Of a stretch of DNA of 24,631 bases, positions 14,388-21,886 are shown piece by piece. The translations under genes and the position numbers were made by a program. Each line of letters starts with the position of its first letter. Position 1 is the stretch's first letter. Below the pieces are notes generated by a model. The model did not search any database, was not told the origin of the DNA, and worked only from the letters and a program-made list of their open reading frames with translations. The DNA lies in NCBI GenBank assembly GCA_903916665.1, contig CAIWXP010000013.1:1-24631 (forward strand), given 5' to 3'. The DNA is from Candidatus Iainarchaeum sp. GTDB lineage: Archaea > Iainarchaeota > Iainarchaeia > Iainarchaeales > 0-14-0-20-30-16.

Positions 14388-16001
14388 ATGCAAAAGGTAT
14401 TTGACACTTCAGCTTTTCTAAATAGATTCTTCTTCAATGACATTGAAAATGTGATAACAACTAATTCTGTATTATTAGAAATAAAAAATAGAGAACAAAA
14501 AATGCAAATTGAAAATCTAATTCAAAGAGGAAAAATTCAAATACAAGACCCTTCAAAAGAAATATTTATTCAAATAAGAGCCAAAGCGCCCAAAATGCTA
14601 TCAAGAACAGATGTTGAAGTGGTAGCATTAGCAAAAGAATTAAACCTAGAATTGCATACTGATGATTTTATGATGCGAAAATTTTGTAATGATTTGAAAA
14701 TTAAAGCTTGCCCAATTGCCTATGCTATGCAAGACAATGAAAATATTTTAGATACTGTTTATGAAAAAATAAAACCTACAAAAGAAGAATTAGAAAATAT
14801 TAAAAAAATAAGTAAAGAAATTATTGCAAAATTGAACATAACAGTAAAAAAAGAAAACTATCCAATTAAAAAAATTATATTGGCAGGATCTAGTCCGAGA
14901 GGTACTTTTATTAGCAATAAAAAAGATCTAGATATATTTTTATTATTTGATTTATCTTTAACTGTTGAAGATATTAGAAAATACAATGAATTAATATTGC
15001 GTAAGACATTTCCAAAAATTAAATTTAGAGAAGAATATGGGGAACACCCTTATTTGAAAGCAGTTATAGATGATCACAATATTGATTTCGTTCCTGGATT
15101 TTATATAAAAAACATAAAAGAAAGAAAATCTTCCGTTGATAGAACACCTTTACATTTAGCTTTTTTAAATAAACATCAAAGTGAAGAAATTAAAAAACAG
15201 GTTATTATTTTAAAACAATTTTTAAAGAATAATTTGCTTTATGGAGCCGATCAAAAAAACAATGGTTTTTCTGGATATTTAACAGAACTTTTAATATTAG
15301 AGTTTAAAACATTTGAAAACACATTAAAAGAATTAATTGATATTGAAAAAAATAAATATATTTACATCAATAAACCCAAAATAATGAAAAAGTTTGACGA
15401 TTACTTTGTTTTCCTAGATCCTACTGATGAATCAAGAAACGTTGCTTCTGCAGTATCAAAAAAAACAATGAGCATATTCAAAGATGTTGCAAAAAGATAT
15501 TTAAATGAAAAGAATATTGATTTCTTTTTCAAAGATATTTATCCAAAAATAGAAAAGGATCTGGTTTGTTTTATTATAAAAATTGATGGAAAAACAGAAG
15601 ATTCAAATTGGGGAATAGTAAAAGGACTAACAAAAAGATTGGCAAATGAATTAAATACAAAACACTATAATGTTGTTAACCATTCTGGAATAATTCATGA
15701 AAATAAAGGATTGATCATTTTAGAGAGTAAATTAAAGGATACATTGAGAGGCCCTGAATTAAAGGACACAAAAAATTCAAAAGCATTTAAAGCAAAACAT
15801 AAAACTTTCTATATCAAAGACAATAGGCTATACTGCGATGTTAATTTATCAAAAGAAGCATTGGTTAAAGATTCTAAAAAGCTTTTGAAAAGTTTATCTA
15901 ACAATAGTGCAAAACTAATTGATTATAAAACCATTAAACTAATGCCCGAAGAATTAAAAAGAATTAGAAAGGACTTTTTAAACCCAAAGGAAAAGGATTA
16001 A
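14388..16001 (+). CDS. cca: Fusion protein: N-terminal Nob1-like PIN nuclease domain plus archaeal class I CCA-adding enzyme (tRNA nucleotidyltransferase)
   Basis: Residues 1-112 (VFDTSAFL...TTNSVLLEIKNRE...LSRTDVEVVALAKELNLELHTDDFMMRKFCNDLKI) resemble the archaeal Nob1 PIN domain and retain the acidic residues D6/E31/D75/D92. No zinc ribbon is present. Residues from about 118 onward carry class I CCA motifs: LAGSSPRGTFISNKKDLDIFLLF, EHPYL, VDFVPGF, SSVDRTPLH and GFSGYLTELLILEF. Confidence 0.8.
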   Translation: MQKVFDTSAFLNRFFFNDIENVITTNSVLLEIKNREQKMQIENLIQRGKIQIQDPSKEIFIQIRAKAPKMLSRTDVEVVALAKELNLELHTDDFMMRKFCNDLKIKACPIAYAMQDNENILDTVYEKIKPTKEELENIKKISKEIIAKLNITVKKENYPIKKIILAGSSPRGTFISNKKDLDIFLLFDLSLTVEDIRKYNELILRKTFPKIKFREEYGEHPYLKAVIDDHNIDFVPGFYIKNIKERKSSVDRTPLHLAFLNKHQSEEIKKQVIILKQFLKNNLLYGADQKNNGFSGYLTELLILEFKTFENTLKELIDIEKNKYIYINKPKIMKKFDDYFVFLDPTDESRNVASAVSKKTMSIFKDVAKRYLNEKNIDFFFKDIYPKIEKDLVCFIIKIDGKTEDSNWGIVKGLTKRLANELNTKHYNVVNHSGIIHENKGLIILESKLKDTLRGPELKDTKNSKAFKAKHKTFYIKDNRLYCDVNLSKEALVKDSKKLLKSLSNNSAKLIDYKTIKLMPEELKRIRKDFLNPKEKD

Positions 16002-16029
16002 ATACCCCTATAGGCTATAATATATACCT

Positions 16030-16857
16030 ATGACTAAGATATTTGATAGGTTAAAAAAAGCTTTTGACTCTGAAGACAGCATTCACGAAAGGGAACTCGA
16101 ATTATTAGAATATATTTCTAAGTATGAGAATAAACTTGAGAAAGAATCTAATTCTGAAAGATGGAAAGATATTGCAAAAACAGTTCAAAAGTTAAAAAAA
16201 GAATTACAAGACTTACATGAAAATGATCCTATTAAATTAAAATATAGATTAGACGAATTAAACAAAGATTTGGCCGATGAAGAAACAAAAAATTCAGAAG
16301 CCAAAACAATTAAAAACTATTTTCAATTCATTGTTGAGAAAAATCTAGCCTGTATGCAAAAAACAAGTGCAGAAGATTTAAAGAGCCTAATTGATTATAG
16401 TGCAATTGATTTTGACATGGTTTTTGAAAAAATAACGCCTAAAGACTATTCCTACGAAGATAATTATTTGGATGCAATTGAAAACCTATATGATTTATTG
16501 GAAGAAGATTTTGATATAATTATTCAAAAAACTCCAAATTACCTATTAACTGCGGCAGACATTTTACAATTAAAATCAGGCAATCAAGCAGATATAAGTA
16601 TATTTGTTTGTGCAATTATGCACAAATTAGGAGACTTTAATGCAAAAGTAACTGTTGCACTATTAGATGATTTCACAACAATTCATTTTGTTCAAACAAA
16701 ATATAAATACAGAACGCTAATATTTGATTTTTATAATTCTGAAAAATACAATGACTACTTAGAATACGATAATAAGATTTGGGAAAAATATAAACCTGAA
16801 GACAAAGCAATAAGAGAAATAAAATTTTCGTTTAATAAGTTTAATTATGAAGAATAA
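16030..16857 (+). CDS. Hypothetical protein with an N-terminal coiled coil and a C-terminal transglutaminase-like (papain-fold) region in which the catalytic Cys position is Gln
   Basis: GNQADISIFVCAIMHKLGDFNAKV...TIHFVQTKY...LIFDFYN aligns by eye with the transglutaminase-core pattern G-x-C-x-D-F-A-x-L-F-x-A-L-x-R-x-L-G...H-x-W-x-E...D. This gives Q186/H219/D233. The 3' end overlaps the first pilin-like gene by 11 nt. Confidence 0.35.
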   Translation: MTKIFDRLKKAFDSEDSIHERELELLEYISKYENKLEKESNSERWKDIAKTVQKLKKELQDLHENDPIKLKYRLDELNKDLADEETKNSEAKTIKNYFQFIVEKNLACMQKTSAEDLKSLIDYSAIDFDMVFEKITPKDYSYEDNYLDAIENLYDLLEEDFDIIIQKTPNYLLTAADILQLKSGNQADISIFVCAIMHKLGDFNAKVTVALLDDFTTIHFVQTKYKYRTLIFDFYNSEKYNDYLEYDNKIWEKYKPEDKAIREIKFSFNKFNYEE

Positions 16858-17311
16858 AGGATTTTTTGCATTTATTATTTGTGCACTATTAATTTTACTT
16901 ACCATAGAACTTGTTGCAATTAAAATTAATTTTAATAAACAACAACTAATTACAGACAAAGAATTGATTGAAATTAAAGATCTTTCATATATGAGAACCG
17001 AATTCGAATATAATGTTAAAAACGCCATTAAAATACATTTGGATAATGCAGTGCAAATTACACAGGAACAACCTGTTTTAAAAACGTCAGTAGATGAATT
17101 AGTCAAATCAATATTAAATGATTATAATTTTAATTCTACTCTTAATTCCGGATTATTAATTACAATATTTTCCTGTGGCATTAACAATTGTATTTATTAT
17201 AAATATTCAATACTTTTGCCAATAACAAAAGAAATAACAAAAAATAACAAAATCATTGAATTTAAATTACCAATAAATTATAGTGTTGAAAATACAGTGG
17301 TGATTCCTTGA
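16847..17311 (+). CDS. Pilin-like protein with a class III (type IV prepilin-like) signal peptide
   Basis: The N-terminus MKNKG|FFAFIICALLILLTIELVAI has a short basic leader, Gly, then a hydrophobic helix. The ATG overlaps the upstream stop. Confidence 0.6.
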   Translation: MKNKGFFAFIICALLILLTIELVAIKINFNKQQLITDKELIEIKDLSYMRTEFEYNVKNAIKIHLDNAVQITQEQPVLKTSVDELVKSILNDYNFNSTLNSGLLITIFSCGINNCIYYKYSILLPITKEITKNNKIIEFKLPINYSVENTVVIP

Positions 17312-17562
17312 ACAAAAAAGCACAATTATCAATATATTTTTTAATTATGATAATTGCTATTATTGGAATTTTAGCTATATTTGTTAAGGAAATTTATAAA
17401 TTAAATGAGTTAAAGATTAATTTGAAAACCAACTATGATTTTAAAGAAACAAAGGAACTATTATCCACATTAAATAGTGCAAAAAAATCAATAATAAAAG
17501 AAATAAATCGAGGTCCCTTTATAATTAATTCTGATATTAATGTTGGAGATCACTATGAATAG
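17308..17562 (+). CDS. Small pilin-like protein with a class III signal peptide
   Basis: A TTG start overlaps the upstream TGA (TTGA). The N-terminus (M)NKKA|QLSIYFLIMIIAIIGILAIF matches the archaeal [KR][GA]|Q-L/I-S prepilin pattern. Confidence 0.6.
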   Translation: MNKKAQLSIYFLIMIIAIIGILAIFVKEIYKLNELKINLKTNYDFKETKELLSTLNSAKKSIIKEINRGPFIINSDINVGDHYE

Positions 17563-17938
17563 AGGATTTACATTATATGATTTCCTTTTTGTATTATTTT
17601 GCTGTGTTCTTTGTTTTGTGGTATTTTTCTCTATCATTGAAAACGATCTTAATAGATTTGATAAATTAACACAATACTTGATAATAACAGAGAATGCAAT
17701 TTCAAAAAATAATCTAGAAGGAATAGGTTTTGCAAAAATTGATAATGAAACAAAAACAACTTTACAAAATACAATAGAAAACCCTAAACTAATTGATCCG
17801 ATTAAAAGAATAGAATTATATGATGAAAATAATAAAATATTTGATATTGGAAACGATTGTGAAAAACAAATTAAACTATCGAGGCTAGCAATATATGAAG
17901 ATAAAATTGTTAAAGCAGTATTTACATTCTGTGAATAG
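17555..17938 (+). CDS. Pilin-like protein with a class III signal peptide (start re-assigned from 17540 to ATG 17555)
   Basis: From ATG 17555 the N-terminus is MNRG|FTLYDFLFVLFCCVLCFVVFF, which is G|FTL-like with an acidic residue at +5. The start overlaps the upstream stop as ATGAATAG. Confidence 0.6.
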   Translation: MNRGFTLYDFLFVLFCCVLCFVVFFSIIENDLNRFDKLTQYLIITENAISKNNLEGIGFAKIDNETKTTLQNTIENPKLIDPIKRIELYDENNKIFDIGNDCEKQIKLSRLAIYEDKIVKAVFTFCE

Positions 17939-18284
17939 CAAAGGAATATTATTTATCGTAGAAATATTATTTGTATTTTTATTCCTTGCTATTTTTATTT
18001 TGGCCTATTCAAATATTAATTATTCCTATAATGATTCAAAAATAATAAATTACTATAAATGTCAAGATATTTTTGTTTTGAGTGTTGCAAAGAACTTATC
18101 AATAAATGAAATTAAAGATTTAATACAGCAATATTTACCAAATAGTGACTATGTTATTGATGATAAAAACACAAAAATTGAAAATTTAAATAACAATAAA
18201 AAAGAATGTTATGCAAAGACTATTTTAATATATAATGATTTTCCAACTACAAAAAAAGAAATGTATATTAAAATTTGTTCTTAA
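17931..18284 (+). CDS. Pilin-like protein with a class III signal peptide (start re-assigned from 17895 to GTG 17931)
   Basis: From GTG 17931 the N-terminus is (M)NSKG|ILFIVEILFVFLFLAIFILAY. The junction GTGAATAG mirrors the ATGAATAG junction of the previous pair. The tracked ATG 17895 would add 12 residues that lie inside the upstream gene. Confidence 0.55.
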   Translation: MNSKGILFIVEILFVFLFLAIFILAYSNINYSYNDSKIINYYKCQDIFVLSVAKNLSINEIKDLIQQYLPNSDYVIDDKNTKIENLNNNKKECYAKTILIYNDFPTTKKEMYIKICS

Positions 18285-18741
18285 AAAAATTATAATAGTA
18301 CCACAAAGCAAAAATAATTGCTGACATTAAAAACCAACCGAGTATATGCAAAAATTCAATGCCAAAATATTTTGCAAAATCAAAGAATATAAAAAGTCTA
18401 AATATGTTTGCAACGTATAAAATTCCCGAACCTATTAAAAATGCCTTAATTTTCTGCTTCCACGTTAATTTTGTAATCGGGCTAAATATAATTGCCAAGT
18501 AAACAAAAATCGAAAAAAAACCAGAACACTGTGAACCAATTATAACTGTAGTACCTAAAATAATTGTTTTTCCAAAAACATCCACAAACCCCAAATATAC
18601 AAATAACTGTATAATCGGCCACTCTAAAGCAACAAAGCTCTGTAACAAATAAAATACCAATAATGACCCAAATAAGCTAAGAATAAGCCAAAGAACTGGC
18701 AATAACCTCTTATCTCCTTCATTATTTACTTTATAAGCCAT
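18268..18741 (-). CDS. Miniature exosortase/archaeosortase-family transpeptidase (157 aa)
   Basis: Polytopic membrane protein with the family's Cys/Arg/His signature in the right order and spacing: IGSQCSGFFSIF, YVANIFRLFIF and LHILGWF. Confidence 0.65.
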   Translation of the reverse strand: MAYKVNNEGDKRLLPVLWLILSLFGSLLVFYLLQSFVALEWPIIQLFVYLGFVDVFGKTIILGTTVIIGSQCSGFFSIFVYLAIIFSPITKLTWKQKIKAFLIGSGILYVANIFRLFIFFDFAKYFGIEFLHILGWFLMSAIIFALWYYYNFFKNKF

Positions 18742-18835
18742 AATATAAGAAGTAACTCAATTTATAATACTTTTCCTATTAATATACTTATAAACTTCTA
18801 CTAATAAGTTAATATTTGGACAAAAGGTTATTTTT

Positions 18836-20035
18836 ATGGACATAAAAGACATGTTTAGAAAAGAAATAAACAAAAAGAGTGTTTTCAAAAATAAAGACTT
18901 GATATCTCCGCATTTTGTGCCGGATACTTTGCCCTTTAGAGAAAATCAAATTCAAGACATAATTACTAATTTGGCCCCTGCTTTACAAGGAATAATGCCC
19001 ACTAATCTTTTTATTTATGGAAAAACTGGAACAGGAAAAACATCAACAATAAATAAAGTATTAGAAAAAATGATTGAAATACAAAAAGAAAGTAATATTC
19101 AACAAAGAATTTTAACTGTTTATATTAATTGTAGAACCTATAACTCTAAATATAAAGTTCTATTAAAAATTTCAGATAATTTATTTCCAAAAAGTTATTT
19201 TGGTTATAGTGCTAGTTTTATCTATGACTGCATTGTAAAAGAATTGGTTAAGAAAAAAGTTTTTGTGCTAGTTGTTTTGGATGAAATTGATTTAATAAAA
19301 GATGCAAATGATGCAATTTATTCTTTGGTAAGAATTAATGATGAAATAAAAGAAGGCGCTATAACAATTATTGGTGTTTCAAATAATGTTTTATTTAAAG
19401 ATCAATTAGACACAAGAACAAAAAGTGGCCTTTGTAAAAAAGAATTAGTATTTCCACCCTATAATGCACAAGAATTAAGAGAAATTTTATTGCAAAGAGT
19501 TAATATTGGTTTTCAAGATGATTGTGTTGGAGATGGTGCGCTTGCTTTGGCCAGTGCCTATGCTGCCCAAGAATCCGGGGATGCAAGAACTGCGCTATTA
19601 TTATTAGAAAGTGCAGGAGAAATTGCAGATAAAAAACAAACCTATAAAATAACAGAAGAAGAAATAACAGAAGCAAAGAAAAATGTTGAAGAAGAATTAA
19701 TTGTTGATATGATTTCTACTTTACCTGATCAAATTAAAATTGTTTTATTCTCAGTAGCAACCATGGTAAAAAGTAATAGATTCTCTACACACTTATTAGA
19801 TGATGGTTACGTTATTTATTCTGGTGATGCCTACGTTGAATACGTAAAACAAATTAAACAATTATCAAAACAACCAGTTACAATGAAATGGTTTAAAGAA
19901 TATCTAGAAGAGCTTACAACCTATGGTTTATTGATTACAACAACTTCTGGAAAAGGAGTTAGAGGATCAACCACATTAATCAAAATGGCCATAGATACTA
20001 ATACAGTATTAAAAGTTTTAGAAACTAGTCTGTGA
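18836..20035 (+). CDS. cdc6: Orc1/Cdc6 replication initiator (AAA+ plus winged helix)
   Basis: PFRENQIQ, Walker A LFIYGKTGTGKTS, Walker B VVLDEIDLI, sensor-1 IIGVSNN, GDARTALLLLE, and a C-terminal winged-helix region. Confidence 0.9.
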   Translation: MDIKDMFRKEINKKSVFKNKDLISPHFVPDTLPFRENQIQDIITNLAPALQGIMPTNLFIYGKTGTGKTSTINKVLEKMIEIQKESNIQQRILTVYINCRTYNSKYKVLLKISDNLFPKSYFGYSASFIYDCIVKELVKKKVFVLVVLDEIDLIKDANDAIYSLVRINDEIKEGAITIIGVSNNVLFKDQLDTRTKSGLCKKELVFPPYNAQELREILLQRVNIGFQDDCVGDGALALASAYAAQESGDARTALLLLESAGEIADKKQTYKITEEEITEAKKNVEEELIVDMISTLPDQIKIVLFSVATMVKSNRFSTHLLDDGYVIYSGDAYVEYVKQIKQLSKQPVTMKWFKEYLEELTTYGLLITTTSGKGVRGSTTLIKMAIDTNTVLKVLETSL

Positions 20036-20039
20036 GATT

Positions 20040-20513
20040 ATGGAATTTAAAATTAGAAGAGTCATACAATTTGGTGGCGCAGATTATCTTGTTTGTGACA
20101 AAGAAACAAATGCAGAAATAATTAAAATTGCAATAACTAATTTAACTGGCGCTATATTAGTAAATAGCATAACAACTCCTCGTTCTAAAAATTATAATGA
20201 ATTGTTTTTAGCAAAACATAAAGTAAGTTTAGAAAGAGCATTATTGTTAGCAGTTGTTAGAGATTATGGTTCATCAGTATTAGGATTCAGAGTAAATACA
20301 AATTTTATTAAAGATCCATTAGCAAGATCTACATTAGAAACTGCATTAAAATCAATTGATGCAAACCAAAGATCAGAAGGTATATTTAGAGTTGCAGCAA
20401 AAACAGTTAGAGCATTAAAAACAGAATTTAAAGCATCACCTTTAAGCCCAAAATCTGCTCTGCAAAACGCCTATGAAAGAATAAGAAATAGATTTAAAGA
20501 AAAACCAAAATAA
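20040..20513 (+). CDS. Hypothetical 157-aa protein tightly coupled to orc1/cdc6
   Basis: The start lies 4 nt after the cdc6 stop. The ORF is coding-like and no family is recognised. Confidence 0.55.
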   Translation: MEFKIRRVIQFGGADYLVCDKETNAEIIKIAITNLTGAILVNSITTPRSKNYNELFLAKHKVSLERALLLAVVRDYGSSVLGFRVNTNFIKDPLARSTLETALKSIDANQRSEGIFRVAAKTVRALKTEFKASPLSPKSALQNAYERIRNRFKEKPK

Positions 20514-21074
20514 TTATTTTTTATTTTCTAAAATCTTTAAAAATTCATTAATTCTTTTTTGTTTTGTTTCTGGTAATTTAGCTCGCAAAATAAATCGATG
20601 TTGCATTTTTTTCATAGATGGTGCTAACTTTTCATATTTTTCTTTTAAAATTTTATTTTCTTTTTTATTTAATTCTTGTTCTAACTCTTTTGGAATATCT
20701 GGATTTTTAGGAATACCAAAATCATGGGTGGGTTTTTTTAAACCGTCTTTGTAAAAATATAAACCTTGCATACGCATTCTTTTTTCTTTAATTAATTTCT
20801 TTGCATAGGCAACAGTATTATCACTCCATCTACTATTCTTTGTTCTTTTTGAATATATTACTTTATACTTGTCCTCATCAACCCTGTGGCTAGTTGTATC
20901 AATCCAACCAAAACAAATAGCTTCGTGCATTAATTCCATTGAACTCGGGCTTGTTTTACCAGTATGTTTTTTATATCTAATTACTGCAACTTTATTTTCT
21001 TTTATATGATTCTTTTTCAACCATTTTGTAAAATCAGATAATTTTAAAACAATAACTTCTTTTATATCGCTCAT
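20514..21074 (-). CDS. YdeI/OmpD-associated family protein
   Basis: FTKWLKKNH...VAVIRYKKHTGKTSPSSMELMHEAICFGWIDTTSHRVDEDKYKVIYSKRTKNSRWSDNTVAYAKKLIKEKRM matches the YdeI-family pattern (WL..NH, CFGWID, R-K-x-S-x-WS). Confidence 0.6.
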   Translation of the reverse strand: MSDIKEVIVLKLSDFTKWLKKNHIKENKVAVIRYKKHTGKTSPSSMELMHEAICFGWIDTTSHRVDEDKYKVIYSKRTKNSRWSDNTVAYAKKLIKEKRMRMQGLYFYKDGLKKPTHDFGIPKNPDIPKELEQELNKKENKILKEKYEKLAPSMKKMQHRFILRAKLPETKQKRINEFLKILENKK

Positions 21075-21097
21075 AAAAATCAGTTATATATTTATTA

Positions 21098-21649
21098 TTA
21101 TTTCTTCTGTTCTGGTTTTTTATTTTCTTTATTTTTATTTTGAGAATTTAATTGTGCTAATTCTTTTGAGAATTCAATTTGCATTTCATTGTACAAATCT
21201 TCGGGAATTTCTTGTTTGAAATATTTTTTCTGAACAAATTCAATTGATCGTTTTAAATCTTTATCTCTTGTTAATTGTGAATCAAAAAATTGTAATTTAT
21301 AATCTATCATAATTATTTTTTTATCAATGGAGTTTACTTGCATTTTAAATTGTTTTTCACTAACCTGTCTTTTCAAATATTGTTTTTGCAAATCATTCTT
21401 TTGTAATAGCAAACTTTCTTTTAATTTATGATATTCTAAAAGTTCTTTCAATGGCGCAGTTTTACTATCATTAACTTTACCATCATTGCCAGCATATAAT
21501 AAATACCCAAAAACTATGGCTACTGCAAAACTTACACAAAAAACAATTAAAACCACTGTTTCTCTAAAAAATAAATAGACCAAAAGCAGAATTAGAGCAA
21601 AAAACAAGAAAATTATGAAAAATACTGCTTTGAACCTTTGTGAATCCAT
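21098..21649 (-). CDS. Hypothetical membrane-anchored coiled-coil protein
   Basis: Two N-terminal hydrophobic helices followed by a long charged heptad-like region and a Lys-rich tail. Confidence 0.55.
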   Translation of the reverse strand: MDSQRFKAVFFIIFLFFALILLLVYLFFRETVVLIVFCVSFAVAIVFGYLLYAGNDGKVNDSKTAPLKELLEYHKLKESLLLQKNDLQKQYLKRQVSEKQFKMQVNSIDKKIIMIDYKLQFFDSQLTRDKDLKRSIEFVQKKYFKQEIPEDLYNEMQIEFSKELAQLNSQNKNKENKKPEQKK

Positions 21650-21886
21650 AAATATTACCTTTTATGGATGTGTCAAACACCCATTTTTGACATTTTGTAA
21701 AAGATTTTGTATCTTGGATAAAAATCTTATACACTCTGTTGTAACTTTTGATAACTCTTGAAAAAGTAACAACTGTCCATAGGTTATACATATATGATAT
21801 ATATATAAATATTTGGTGGCATTAATATTATAAGCGAAAGGCAAAAAGCTTAAAATGCTAATTTTTTATGTTACAAAGGTGTATTT

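Noticed and set aside
14246-14443. 65-aa minus-strand ORF spanning the rnz/cca divergent promoter
   Set aside because: It overlaps the 5' ends of both real genes and the AT-rich promoter. Its Tyr/Ile-rich sequence reflects TATA-like DNA, not a protein.
16759-17106. 115-aa minus-strand ORF across the transglutaminase-like/pilin junction
   Set aside because: It is antisense to two coupled plus-strand genes that have recognisable features; it is a shadow ORF.
21564-21844. Two minus-strand ORFs (75 aa and 60 aa) in or near the 237-nt gap upstream of rpl10e
   Set aside because: They overlap each other and the 5' end of the membrane protein gene, have no motifs, and lie in what is more plausibly the divergent promoter region.
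21650-21886. The longest intergenic region, considered as a possible replication origin or small RNA gene
   Set aside because: I found no repeated ORB-like elements. There is no GC-rich, structured segment as expected for a tRNA or ncRNA in this AT-rich genome. It is adequately explained as a divergent promoter region with TATA-like runs.
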